Assembly: GCA_041178425.1 (NCBI GenBank)
Contig: JBEGVH010000019.1
Location: 1 to 60,519, forward strand
DNA length: 60,519 bases
Direction of reading: 5' to 3'
DNA from: Pseudomonadota bacterium
GTDB taxonomy: Bacteria; Bdellovibrionota; Bdellovibrionia; Bdellovibrionales; Bdellovibrionaceae
Below the pieces are notes generated by a model, which did not search any database, was not told the origin of the DNA, and saw only the letters and a list, made by a program, of their open reading frames with translations. The translations under genes were made by a program, and so were the position numbers. Below are positions 36,019-45,590 of this stretch, in pieces. The stretch's first letter is position 1. The number at the start of each line of letters is the position of its first letter.

Positions 36019-38836
36019 AAAAGATCATATAGTTAGTGAAATGGCTAAACTAATTAAAAGTAACCCTAGAGATGAAGCCTTATTCTTTGAAGAAGAAAAA
36101 AATCATCATTGGCTTAAAGCGTTGATTCCATATGATTTTTTCAAACCAACTACAATAAAAGCACGAGTCATTGAGGGAGAATCCTCTCATTACCCATATT
36201 GGCCTCAAGGTATTTACATTGAGTCGATAGCGAAGCAGATCTATGAGAGAAAGATAAGCGACGAGAACTTTATAGAGATTTACATTGGAGTTTTGCGAGA
36301 ACTATTTGTCGCGAAAGATAATTTATGGGCTGTGCGAGCTATTTTTAGATCTGTTTTCTTGATTCCTGCCAAACACTTGAGTGTGGATGACGTGGTCAAA
36401 ACCTTTAAGATGATCGAGGATTTAGCTAATAGCAATCGTTTTATTGAATTTGATGTTCATGAAAGTTATTTTCATATTATAACGAACTACGAAGACAACG
36501 ACCACGATCGCACAATTCTAAGAGAGTTCATTAAACACTTACTATGTTCCAAATTCGAAGATCGTTTTGACATAAGGGAAAGGAAGTTAATTTTTTTCAA
36601 AGATCATGGATTTCAGCATTTTTCAGAAAAATTTTTCAAAGAAACTAAGAATAAAAAAGAAAGCTTATTTGTCGATATCATTACTGTAGTTACAGAACTT
36701 TTATCAGAGGATTTAATGAACGACGACATAGATAGATCTACTACTCTTTGGCGGCCGGCCGTAGAGTCAAATTATCAAAATCAGTTTAGAGATTCTGCAC
36801 CTTCAATTTTTATAGCTATTCTTTATGAGGTATCGAAAATATTGCTCGATAAAGGTATCGTTCCGAGCGAACTTCAAAATTGGAAAACTTCAGATAAAAA
36901 TACATTTGTGCGAATTTATATTGCACTTGTTACTGATTACCCTGAAATCTTGGATCGAAATGAATGTGCCAACAAGATTCATTCATTTGGCCTTCGAAGC
37001 CAACTTAGACATGAAGCATATCACTTTTTGAATAGAAATTTTGATTTATTAAGCACATCTAATCAGGCGAGCCTCTTGGAGGCAGTTAGGAATCTTCCGT
37101 CAACGGCAAATGATGAGAACGACCCTAGAAATCCACTTATTAGTGCATGGGAGAAAATGAAATGGCTTCAAGCCATTAAACATTCAAAGATTCAAGATGC
37201 TAAACAACTATTCGAAGAAACTTTTAAAGTAACTAATTTTGAATTAGATCACCCTGATTTTGATAGCTACATGTCATCTGTAAAATGGGGCTTTGATTCT
37301 CCGCTTTCACTAGAAGATTTTGACCAATTTAATCCCAGCGAGATCATCCAAAAAATAAGTGAGTTTAAGGATAGTAAAGACAAATTTGGAGTACCTTTAG
37401 CGGAGGGGCTTTATCGAACCTTTGAAAATTTTGTAGTTAAGGAACCTGTTAAGTGTTCGTTACTTATTCAAGAAATTCTTACATTGCCAGCAACCTATGT
37501 ATCATCCCTCTTTGATGGATATACTAAATGTTGGATAGAAAAGAGATTTGTCCCAGTCGATGATCTGATTGATCTTGCAATAACTGCTTTTAATAATGAA
37601 TCCTTCCTTAAACAGTTAGTAGATAAAAACTCAAAAGCTCGTTGGGCTGCAAATTCAATTTTTCGCTTTATCTCTGCTGGTGTTAGAGATGATGAAAAGG
37701 CATTTGATCCGAAGTTAAATGCAAAATGTTATGAAGTGTTAAGATTAGCGGTTGAGCATGTGAAACCAGACGAAGACTATATAGGTTCATCGGATGCGTT
37801 AACAAGAGCAATCAACGAGCCAAGAGGTGTTTTGTTTGAATCAGCAGTCTTATTGGCCTTAAGGCAAGCTAGACTCTCCTATGATAAAAAAAATAACACT
37901 ATTGTAAATGAACAAGAATTTGGAAATGCTTGGTCCAACCTTTTTGACATAATTAAAGGCCCTCTTGAATCACAAGATGAACAGGAAGTTTCATTGCATG
38001 CACATTTAGGTGCTTTTTATCGGCAGCTTATGTTTCTTAACAAAGATTGGTTGTATAAACATTTTGATCTCGTTTGTCCTTCTGATTCTCAAAAACCAGA
38101 AATATGGTCTTCATTTATTCAGGGATTTTGTTACGTCACCGTCTATATGAAGGAGATGTATTGTCTTCTTAACAGCAATGGTTATTTACTAAAATTTCTT
38201 CAGCTTAAAATTGACGGACAATCTGGAACACGAATTAGCAATCTTCAAGAAAATATTATTAATCTAGCGATTATTGCCTTCCTACTTAACGATGAATCTT
38301 TGGAAGAAGGTCTTTTAAAGCGAATACTTGAATTAAATGATGAGGACCAATTGAATAAAGTTATTAGGTCGCTCCCGCGTCTTGTAGAAAAAAACGAGAA
38401 CCATGAAATTCTATTGCAAGCCAGAAAGCTTGTGACCTATTTATTAGATAAATTTGATTTGGTCCAAGAGAAGGATAAACATAAAAAATCATTTGAAGGT
38501 ATCGGATGGCTACTTTCAATTTTTTCTGATCCAAGTGACGCACTTGTCGCAAAAATTATTAAGGGTGGAGCTTTATACAGCAATCCTCATCTGGGTAATT
38601 ATGAGGTGGTAGAGTATCTTGAACCGTTTAAGGAAAGTCATACTGAATTAATTGGAACGTTATTTCTTGAGTTATTGAAGAACAGCAGGGAATATCCAAC
38701 CTATCCAGAGGAGAAAATAATTGGGATATGCGATGCCTTAAAGGCTAAAGGGAAAAAAGAATTATTGGCAACTATCTGCCGCTTTTATTCAGATATGTTG
38801 CCAAGAAGTAACATAACGAAAGCAATTTGTGATTAG
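36008..38836 (+). CDS. Large alpha-helical protein, putative sensor partner of the SIR2 protein
   Basis: ~940-aa helical-repeat-like ORF overlapping the SIR2 stop. No NTPase motif seen. Start uncertain (35996, 36008 or 36041). Confidence 0.75.
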   Translation: MTSRKDHIVSEMAKLIKSNPRDEALFFEEEKNHHWLKALIPYDFFKPTTIKARVIEGESSHYPYWPQGIYIESIAKQIYERKISDENFIEIYIGVLRELFVAKDNLWAVRAIFRSVFLIPAKHLSVDDVVKTFKMIEDLANSNRFIEFDVHESYFHIITNYEDNDHDRTILREFIKHLLCSKFEDRFDIRERKLIFFKDHGFQHFSEKFFKETKNKKESLFVDIITVVTELLSEDLMNDDIDRSTTLWRPAVESNYQNQFRDSAPSIFIAILYEVSKILLDKGIVPSELQNWKTSDKNTFVRIYIALVTDYPEILDRNECANKIHSFGLRSQLRHEAYHFLNRNFDLLSTSNQASLLEAVRNLPSTANDENDPRNPLISAWEKMKWLQAIKHSKIQDAKQLFEETFKVTNFELDHPDFDSYMSSVKWGFDSPLSLEDFDQFNPSEIIQKISEFKDSKDKFGVPLAEGLYRTFENFVVKEPVKCSLLIQEILTLPATYVSSLFDGYTKCWIEKRFVPVDDLIDLAITAFNNESFLKQLVDKNSKARWAANSIFRFISAGVRDDEKAFDPKLNAKCYEVLRLAVEHVKPDEDYIGSSDALTRAINEPRGVLFESAVLLALRQARLSYDKKNNTIVNEQEFGNAWSNLFDIIKGPLESQDEQEVSLHAHLGAFYRQLMFLNKDWLYKHFDLVCPSDSQKPEIWSSFIQGFCYVTVYMKEMYCLLNSNGYLLKFLQLKIDGQSGTRISNLQENIINLAIIAFLLNDESLEEGLLKRILELNDEDQLNKVIRSLPRLVEKNENHEILLQARKLVTYLLDKFDLVQEKDKHKKSFEGIGWLLSIFSDPSDALVAKIIKGGALYSNPHLGNYEVVEYLEPFKESHTELIGTLFLELLKNSREYPTYPEEKIIGICDALKAKGKKELLATICRFYSDMLPRSNITKAICD

Positions 38837-38860
38837 AACCCTGCCTCGGATAAGAGAGAC

Positions 38861-39049
38861 CTAATTCTTTTCGACATCGAGCTGCCTATTCAACCACCGA
38901 AAACTCACACCACCGTGCTGATGTGCCAATACAGCCTCACGGCCGACACAACCAGTAGCCTCCACCAAAGTACCAACCGCACCCAACAATAATGCCAATA
39001 CCAAAATGCTTCGTATAAACTGCATCACACCCGACATAAAAACCTCCAA
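38861..39049 (-). CDS. Small membrane/secreted hypothetical protein
   Basis: Hydrophobic N-terminus; GGAGG RBS before the internal ATG (MSGVMQ). Confidence 0.5.
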   Translation of the reverse strand: MEVFMSGVMQFIRSILVLALLLGAVGTLVEATGCVGREAVLAHQHGGVSFRWLNRQLDVEKN

Positions 39050-39287
39050 AGTTTAAAAATCTATACCCTACACCCACATACCAATCATGTAAGCGTGGCA
39101 GCCAAAAGCGAATGACCCCAAGCCATCGCTCATCACCCTTGAAGGAATCGAATATCTATGAGTGGATTATCTGAATCAGTCATTGGACCTAGGGGGCCGC
39201 CCCATTGGCATCAGTAAACTCAACCAACGCCACCAGGATCGATCGAAACCCCAAATAAAGGGTTCACACCCCTTCTTCCAACCAACC

Positions 39288-39395
39288 TGTCATCACAACC
39301 AGAAAACAGCCTTTGCCAACACGCCGAAATGACCTGATTTTAGCGATAAAATCTGTCATCAAACGTGTCATCAAACGTGTCATCATCTGTCATCA
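39288..39395. repeat. Five direct TGTCATCA repeats (putative integrase arm-type sites)
   Basis: Copies start at 39288, 39354, 39366, 39378 and 39388. An IHF-like TTTCAACTACTTA lies at 39460-39472, between them and the att core. Confidence 0.75.
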
Positions 39396-39525
39396 AGCTG
39401 AGAAATCTGCTGAAATTTCATGAAATAAAGATCTGCTATCGCTCTTTCGATTTACGTGTTTTCAACTACTTAGGATTATTTGTTTTTAGACTTCAACCGG
39501 CTTTAAACCAATTTCCCGCGGGAAA

Positions 39526-39543
39526 AAATTGGGGTGACCGACG
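39526..39543. repeat. att site overlapping tRNA-His 3' end
   Basis: Direct repeat of 840-857. Confidence 0.88.
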
Positions 39544-39606
39544 GGGCTTGAACCCGCGACACTCGGAATCACAATCCGATGCTCTACCAACTGAGCTACG
39601 GCCACC
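39530..39606 (-). tRNA. tRNA-His (GUG)
   Basis: GGTGGCCGTAGCTCAGTTGGTAGAGCATCGGATTGTGATTCCGAGTGTCGCGGGTTCAAGCCCCGTCGGTCACCCCA folds as a cloverleaf with GTG anticodon, G-1/C73 and encoded CCA. Confidence 0.97.
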
Positions 39607-39695
39607 ACTGGACAAGACTATCCACAGATAGAATCTGCGAAAGACCCTCTTTATAGGGGGTCTTTCTAAAAAAGGCAACCCAGATTCTGCTAAAC

Positions 39696-40172
39696 CTAGG
39701 ATTTTTTGTTGGTTTTTGCCTCTTTTGAGTGCTTCGAAGTGATCACGGTATGGATATTACCGCGCACATTGAAGTCTCCGACCACTTCGATTTCCCAAGG
39801 ATCGAGTAAATCAACGAGGTCTTCGAGGATATTGTTCGTCACGTCTTCGTGAAAGATCTTATCGTTTCTGAACTTGTTAATATAAAGCTTCAACGACTTA
39901 AGCTCTACACACCATTGATCGGGCACGTAACGAATATAGATGGTGGCAAAGTCAGGAAAGCCGCTGCGTGGGCACAAGCACGTAAACTCAGGGCAAGTAA
40001 ACTCAATCTCATAACGACGAACGAGTGTGCGATTTTGAAAACGCTCCAGTTGAGCCTCTTCAACTGCTTCTTGGCCATAAAGTTTTTTCGATGGATCAAC
40101 ATACGCTGTTGGCACAAGCGTTTTTGCTGCCTTTGTTTTTTTTGTCGCTGCAGGAGCTGTTTTCTTAGCCAT
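39696..40172 (-). CDS. queF: NADPH-dependent preQ0 reductase
   Basis: [25 protein letters not shown] and FHE motifs. Confidence 0.95.
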   Translation of the reverse strand: MAKKTAPAATKKTKAAKTLVPTAYVDPSKKLYGQEAVEEAQLERFQNRTLVRRYEIEFTCPEFTCLCPRSGFPDFATIYIRYVPDQWCVELKSLKLYINKFRNDKIFHEDVTNNILEDLVDLLDPWEIEVVGDFNVRGNIHTVITSKHSKEAKTNKKS

Positions 40173-40231
40173 AAATTACCTCTCTTTGATTTTTCTATTC
40201 TAAACTTTGTTTATTTAATATCAACGATCGA

Positions 40232-40936
40232 TTAACGAGAATTCGTTAAATTCGCTCTCAATACTTGTGGCGCCGAATCGAGTGTTTTAAGTGCAAAGTG
40301 AGCCTTGAGAATTTCGATTTGCTCTTCGGTCACCGTCGCTACACTCCCCTTTTTTGCCTTGATCGCTTGCGAGATGTGATACAAGCTCACCGCACCCGCC
40401 ACCGAAATATTCAGGCTCTGAACAAAACCCACCATCGGAATAATAATGCGCTCATCGGCCATCTTCAGAATCTCTTCAGAAACACCCTCTTTTTCGTTGC
40501 CAAGCACGAGCGCACTCGGTCGCGTCCAGTCCACTTGGTCGATGGGCTTTGAGGCTTCGAGAGAGGTCACCACAATTTGAACGCCCTCTTCTTTGAGTTG
40601 GCGGCAACAATCGGCGGTATTGCTCCACTTACGCGTGCGCAACCACTTCTCGGCCCCCGAACTCACACGATTGGCGTTTTTAAAACGCTCACCGCCCTCA
40701 ATCACTTCAACACAACCAAAACCAAAGGCCTCTTGCGAACGCATCACGGCCGAGGCATTACCACGGTCGTAAATATTTTCGAGAACAACAGAAACATTGT
40801 AATTGCGTTCGGCGGCCACTTTAGAAATTTTTGAGCGGCGCTCTTCGGTGAGAAGCGGCCATACGTGTTTGAGAACATCCTGGTAAGAAACCTTTAAGTT
40901 TTTTTCAATCTCAATTTCGGTTTCATACGGAAACAT
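40232..40936 (-). CDS. trmH: TrmH/SpoU tRNA (Gm18) methyltransferase
   Basis: NASAVMRS, LGNEKEG and IPMVGFVQSLNISVA motifs. Confidence 0.85.
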   Translation of the reverse strand: MFPYETEIEIEKNLKVSYQDVLKHVWPLLTEERRSKISKVAAERNYNVSVVLENIYDRGNASAVMRSQEAFGFGCVEVIEGGERFKNANRVSSGAEKWLRTRKWSNTADCCRQLKEEGVQIVVTSLEASKPIDQVDWTRPSALVLGNEKEGVSEEILKMADERIIIPMVGFVQSLNISVAGAVSLYHISQAIKAKKGSVATVTEEQIEILKAHFALKTLDSAPQVLRANLTNSR

Positions 40937-41151
40937 ACAACCTCTACCAGAGCATTAAAACCAGCGCTCAGCACCGGTTCGTTTTATTAGTTTTAAGAGA
41001 GTGAGGACGTACCCCAAAAGCCATGAGGTTTCAATGGGCTAACCCCAAAAAGGGGAAGAAATTCATGCTGCCCCCAATACGCGGGGCCGTTAATCGGCGA
41101 ACGACACCCCTCTCCAGAGCGAAGAGGGGCATAAAATCAATCCTATTCGAT

Positions 41152-42357
41152 TTAAGCAAAAATCGGGGTAGAGTCTTTAGCTAGATCGCGAGTGATATTT
41201 TTTTGGTGAGCCTCGAGAGTACCACCACCAATTTCGAGAAGCTTCGCATCTCTCCAAAGGCGCTCAACCACGTATTCGCCCACATAACCGTAACCACCCA
41301 AAACCTGCATCGCACGATCGGCCACATTCTTAGCCATGGTGGTGGCCACGAGTTTAGCGCCGTCAGAATCAATACGCCCACCTTCGTGATGCAGTTCCAT
41401 TCGGCGAGCCACATCGTAAACATAGCACTTCGCCGCTTTGTACTCAGCGTAGCTGGTAGCGATGTAATTTTGAATTTGTCCAAAATGATTGAGCGATTTA
41501 CCAAATGCCTCACGCTCACGAGCATAACGACTCATGATCTCGATGGAGCGACGGGCAATACCGATGCTCATCGCGGCCAAAGTGAGACGCTCGATTTCGA
41601 GGTTTCGCATCATGTGCAACATGCTTTCACCCTCATTACCAACAAGGTTTTCCACAGGCACCATACAGTTTTCAAACACAAGTTCAGCGGTGTTCGAAGC
41701 GCGCATTCCGCACTTGTCGCGAATTTTTTGCCCCACAGAGTAACCAGCCATGCCTTTTTCAACAATAAAAGTAGAAATCAATGGGCGACCGTTCTTCTCA
41801 CCCGTGCGAGCGTAAACCCAAACAAAATCAGCTGGCGTGCCAGCTTCGTCGATCGTTCCATTGGTGATCCACATTTTGCGCCCGTTGATTTTATAGACGT
41901 TACCTTCTTTAACCGCGGTAGACGCCATTCCCAAAACGTCGGTACCCACCGCAGGCTCCGACATCGCCATCGCGCCAACGAGTTCTCCTGAGCACAAACC
42001 AGGAAGGTATTTTTGTTTTTGCGCTTCAGAACCGTTAACCGCCAAATTGTTCACACTCAGCATCGAGTGCGCGAGATAAGCCAAGCAAAAGCCCGGATCA
42101 GAGGCCGAGAGTTCTTCGTGCGTGATAATGGTTGCCATCGCATCCATCCCCGATCCACCGTAAGCCTCTGGAACCGTAATACCCAGCAAGCCCAACTCAC
42201 CCAACTTGCGAAACAGTGGCAGATTGAAAAGCTCTTTGCGGTCGTACTCGTGAGCTTGAGGCTCGACTTCGTCTTTAACGAACTGGCGAAGCGTCTCACG
42301 AAGCATTTGGTGTTCTTCGGTTGGTTGAAATAAATCCCATTCTTTGTAGGTCGTCAT
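41152..42357 (-). CDS. Acyl-CoA dehydrogenase (isovaleryl-CoA dehydrogenase-like)
   Basis: AMSEPAVGTD, KMWITNG and RDAKLLEIGGGT motifs. Confidence 0.9.
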   Translation of the reverse strand: MTTYKEWDLFQPTEEHQMLRETLRQFVKDEVEPQAHEYDRKELFNLPLFRKLGELGLLGITVPEAYGGSGMDAMATIITHEELSASDPGFCLAYLAHSMLSVNNLAVNGSEAQKQKYLPGLCSGELVGAMAMSEPAVGTDVLGMASTAVKEGNVYKINGRKMWITNGTIDEAGTPADFVWVYARTGEKNGRPLISTFIVEKGMAGYSVGQKIRDKCGMRASNTAELVFENCMVPVENLVGNEGESMLHMMRNLEIERLTLAAMSIGIARRSIEIMSRYAREREAFGKSLNHFGQIQNYIATSYAEYKAAKCYVYDVARRMELHHEGGRIDSDGAKLVATTMAKNVADRAMQVLGGYGYVGEYVVERLWRDAKLLEIGGGTLEAHQKNITRDLAKDSTPIFA

Positions 42358-42502
42358 TGTGAGCTCCTCGTTCGTTGGGCTGACTTAATTTTTAGGTTCA
42401 AAGCGAGACCTTCATTCGAGGCAGGCACACAGTCAAAGAATGAACGATCGCGTTAAAGGAAATCAGACTGGCCACCTCGGTAAATCTGTTTAGAATTAAA
42501 CT

Positions 42503-43252
42503 ATGATTGCTATTTTATCGATCGGAACAGAGCTCACAACCGGACAAATTCTTAATAAAAATGCCCAATGGCTATCCATTGAGCTCATGAAGCTCGGACT
42601 TTCCGTAAGCTATCAAATCACCGTTCCCGACGATGTTCAGATTATTCGGGATTCTCTCGATTTTCTCGATCCACGAGTGTCACTGGTATTGGTGACCGGA
42701 GGTTTAGGGCCCACCGCCGACGATTTTACTCGCAAAGTATTGGCCGATCATTACTCCTGCCCCCTCCAGTGGCACGAAGAAAACTGGCAAAAAGTGCAAA
42801 CTAAACTTCAGGGCCGAGGGGTGCAAATCCGCCCCCTTCATCGTCAGCAATGCGAATACCCCAGTGGGGCCGAAGTTCTTGCCAATTCGGTGGGGATTGC
42901 CGATGGCTTTTTGATGAAAACTCCAAGAGTTGAAATTTACGCCCTGCCCGGCCCTCCCAAAGAGCTCGCCGACCTTTGGGAAAACCATCTGCGCCCCCGC
43001 CTCGAACAACGAGTGCCAGAATCTCTTCGCTGGACCCAAGCCATATGGACCACCACCGGAGTTCCCGAGAGCGAAGTGGCCGCTCGGGTCAACGAAGCCG
43101 TTGGTGAGGCTGCAAACATTGTGGCTTATCGAGTTCACTCCCCGTGCGTAGATGTTAAATTGCTTTATCAAAAGAAAGATTCCGATTATTATGAAAAGCT
43201 CGGGCAGCTGATTGAAGCGGCCTTAAAACCCTGGCTCATAGAGAAAATTTAG
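42503..43252 (+). CDS. CinA-like molybdopterin-binding-domain protein (no PncC domain)
   Basis: IGTELTTGQILNKN, TGGLGPTADD and LPGPPKE motifs. Confidence 0.85.
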   Translation: MIAILSIGTELTTGQILNKNAQWLSIELMKLGLSVSYQITVPDDVQIIRDSLDFLDPRVSLVLVTGGLGPTADDFTRKVLADHYSCPLQWHEENWQKVQTKLQGRGVQIRPLHRQQCEYPSGAEVLANSVGIADGFLMKTPRVEIYALPGPPKELADLWENHLRPRLEQRVPESLRWTQAIWTTTGVPESEVAARVNEAVGEAANIVAYRVHSPCVDVKLLYQKKDSDYYEKLGQLIEAALKPWLIEKI

Positions 43253-43257
43253 GATTC

Positions 43258-44103
43258 ATGGTAGATCGACAAGTTCTAAAAAATAAAATTCGCGAAAAAA
43301 TCCGTCAGCATTATTGGCTAAATTTGATCTATAGCGCCCTCAAGCACGTGCGCGATCGCGATGTATTGTTGATCGTTTATGGGCTTTCTTTTGTGACTTT
43401 ACTTTCGTTTGTGCCTTTTTTAATTATCATTCTAGGATTCTTTAAAACATCGGGTTTTTTGGCGTTTCTTTACCCAAAAGTAGAAGCCCTCGTGGTTAAA
43501 AAGTTTTCAGGCGTGGCCAGCGTCGAAATCAGTCGCCAACTGCACTCCTTATTGAAACGCTCTTATTCTGGATCGTGGGGATTTTTTAACATCACGTTTT
43601 TGCTTTTTACGACCACCCGCCTGGCAGCCTTTCTCGAAAAAGCCCTTAACCGAATTTGGAATGTTAAAAATCCCAAAAACTTTTTTCGTCGCTTCTTATC
43701 GCATTGGGCAGTGATTACGATGATTCCGCTCGCGCTGGCCATTAATGTGCTCACGCGCAGTTTTATTTGGAACTTTGTGAAGAGCCCCCTTCTTTTGCTA
43801 ACCATGTCGTTTATTTTTCTCGCGGCCACCCTCTTTGCCCTCTACAAATGGCTTCCCAATCACTCGGTACGAACAGAGCTCGCTGCTTTTTGTGGCACCC
43901 TAGCGGCCGTTTCTCTCATTGGCGTGCAGAACTTTTTCGACTTCGCCAGTGCAAAGATGTTCCAATATTCTAAGTTCTACGGAAGTTTGTCGGCCCTACC
44001 CCTTTTTATGATCTGGATTTCGACGATTTGGATGGTGATTTTACTGGGCGCTTCTATCTGTGCGGGCCTACAAAAAGCTCTTGAACAGATTGAGGACAAC
44101 TGA
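43258..44103 (+). CDS. YihY/BrkB family membrane protein
   Basis: LLSFVP, ALNRIW and YGSLSALPLFMIWI motifs. Confidence 0.88.
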   Translation: MVDRQVLKNKIREKIRQHYWLNLIYSALKHVRDRDVLLIVYGLSFVTLLSFVPFLIIILGFFKTSGFLAFLYPKVEALVVKKFSGVASVEISRQLHSLLKRSYSGSWGFFNITFLLFTTTRLAAFLEKALNRIWNVKNPKNFFRRFLSHWAVITMIPLALAINVLTRSFIWNFVKSPLLLLTMSFIFLAATLFALYKWLPNHSVRTELAAFCGTLAAVSLIGVQNFFDFASAKMFQYSKFYGSLSALPLFMIWISTIWMVILLGASICAGLQKALEQIEDN

Positions 44104-44143
44104 TTTACTCCGACCATTCGTTCACCCTAAGGAGACTCTCCCA

Positions 44144-45589
44144 ATGAAAAAAAATAAAGACCTTTTCGGCGATGACAATAGCCAATCTTCTCAAGATGAA
44201 TTTGCCGCCCTTCTTGCTGCCTCTGAGCAAACGACTTCTAAAAAATTAAAAGCGGGCGACAAAATCACCGGCGAAATTCTCAGTATCGGTAAAGAAGAGT
44301 CCTTTGTTGCCACTGGCACTACCATTGATGGCCTCGTTCTCACATCAGAGCTCAAAGACGCCGACGGCACAATGAAGTACAAAGTGGGCGATAAAATTGA
44401 CCTCTTTGTCACTCAAATAAAAGGTGGAGAAATTCGCCTTTCGAAAAAAGCCTCTGGTGGCGATGCCGACAGCCTCGAAGACGCTTTCGATTGCATGATT
44501 CCAGTCGAAGGCCGCATCACCGAAGTTTGCAATGGCGGTGTTCGTGTGAACATCATGGGAAAAACGGCTTTTTGCCCAATCAGCCAAATCGATTCTAAGC
44601 ATGTCACCAATGCTGCTGACTATGTTGATAAGAAATTTGAATTCTTGATCACTCAATTCGAAAACCGCGGACGCAATATCGTTGTTTCTCGCCGTAAAGT
44701 TCTTGATCAACAAAAGGGTGAATCTGCAGCGGCTTTTGCTGAAGACCACAAAGTGGGCGACATCGTAAAGGGTCTCGTCACTCGCATTGAAAAGTTTGGC
44801 GCCTTTGTTGAAGTGGCTCCAGGCCTCGAAGGCCTAGTGCATATTTCTGAGCTTGCGTGGTCTCGTATTTCGGATCCAAACGAAGTGATTAAACTGGGCG
44901 ACTCTCTCGAAGTTAAAATTCTCAAAATTGAAGACCTCGATGGGCAACTCAAAATTTCGCTGTCTTACAAACAGGCTTCTGAAGGCCCTTGGACCGGCGG
45001 TATGAAAGACATCAAAGTCGGTGACGTCGTGACTGGCCGAGTGACTCAATGCTTGAAGTTTGGTGCTTTTGTTCAAGTTTTGCCAGGCATTGAAGGTCTC
45101 GTTCCGTTGAGCGAGATGAGTTACACAAAACGCGTGATGCGATCTGATGAACTCTTTAAACAGGGCGATCAAATTCGCGTGATGATTAAAGACATCAACC
45201 TCGATGATCGCAAAATTCTTTTGAGTGTTCGCGATGCCGATGGCGACCCATGGGCCTTGATCCAGCAAAAATACCCAGTGGGTAAAGTCGTTACAGGCAC
45301 AGTGGATCGCAAAGAAACCTTTGGTTTATTGATTACACTCGAGCCAGGGGTTACAGCGCTTCTGCCAAAGGGCTCGTATCGCGATCTCACTGAAAACCCG
45401 TTTGAGCACGCTAAGGTGGGCGATACCGTCACCATTCAAGTGGCTGAAATTAACTTTGATGAACGCAAAATGCGTTTGCAACCGCCTAAAGATGGCGACG
45501 ATGGCACTTGGCAAGAATTCTCGGGCCAGAGCAAATCTTTCGGCAATTCGTTTGCTGATCAGTTAAAAGGGTTCAACGTTAAAAAGTAG
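44144..45589 (+). CDS. Multi-S1-domain ribosomal protein S1-like protein
   Basis: Tandem S1 repeats (FGAFVEVAPGLEGLVHISEL). ATG 44144 has an AAGGAG RBS. Confidence 0.88.
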   Translation: MKKNKDLFGDDNSQSSQDEFAALLAASEQTTSKKLKAGDKITGEILSIGKEESFVATGTTIDGLVLTSELKDADGTMKYKVGDKIDLFVTQIKGGEIRLSKKASGGDADSLEDAFDCMIPVEGRITEVCNGGVRVNIMGKTAFCPISQIDSKHVTNAADYVDKKFEFLITQFENRGRNIVVSRRKVLDQQKGESAAAFAEDHKVGDIVKGLVTRIEKFGAFVEVAPGLEGLVHISELAWSRISDPNEVIKLGDSLEVKILKIEDLDGQLKISLSYKQASEGPWTGGMKDIKVGDVVTGRVTQCLKFGAFVQVLPGIEGLVPLSEMSYTKRVMRSDELFKQGDQIRVMIKDINLDDRKILLSVRDADGDPWALIQQKYPVGKVVTGTVDRKETFGLLITLEPGVTALLPKGSYRDLTENPFEHAKVGDTVTIQVAEINFDERKMRLQPPKDGDDGTWQEFSGQSKSFGNSFADQLKGFNVKK

Positions 45590-45590
45590 T

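Larger units (their letters stand above)
840..39543. mobile_element. Integrative conjugative element (~38.7 kb) inserted at tRNA-His 3' end
   Basis: Flanking direct repeat AAATTGGGGTGAC[T/C]GACG overlaps the tRNA 3' end. The interval holds a tyrosine integrase, xis, a VirB-like T4SS, a coupling ATPase and defence cargo. Confidence 0.92.

Noticed and set aside
39288..39395. TGTCATCA repeats as a CRISPR array, iterons or the 88-aa ORF 39365-39631
   Set aside because: The units are 8 bp with mostly 2-4 bp spacing and there are no cas genes. Matching copies at the other ICE end fit integrase arm sites better. The ORF simply reads through the repeats and the tRNA antisense.
39639..39666. Hairpin between queF and tRNA-His as an intrinsic terminator
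   Set aside because: The stem is real, but no U-tract follows it on the transcribed minus strand, so its function cannot be supported.
40173..40231. preQ1 riboswitch upstream of queF
   Set aside because: The gap is 59 bp and AT-rich, with no recognisable preQ1 stem-loop or pseudoknot.
41203..41991. 262-aa antisense ORF, and similar ones opposite virB4, the S1 gene, iscS and the cyclase
   Set aside because: They lie fully opposite well-conserved genes and have no motifs, consistent with codon-bias shadow ORFs.
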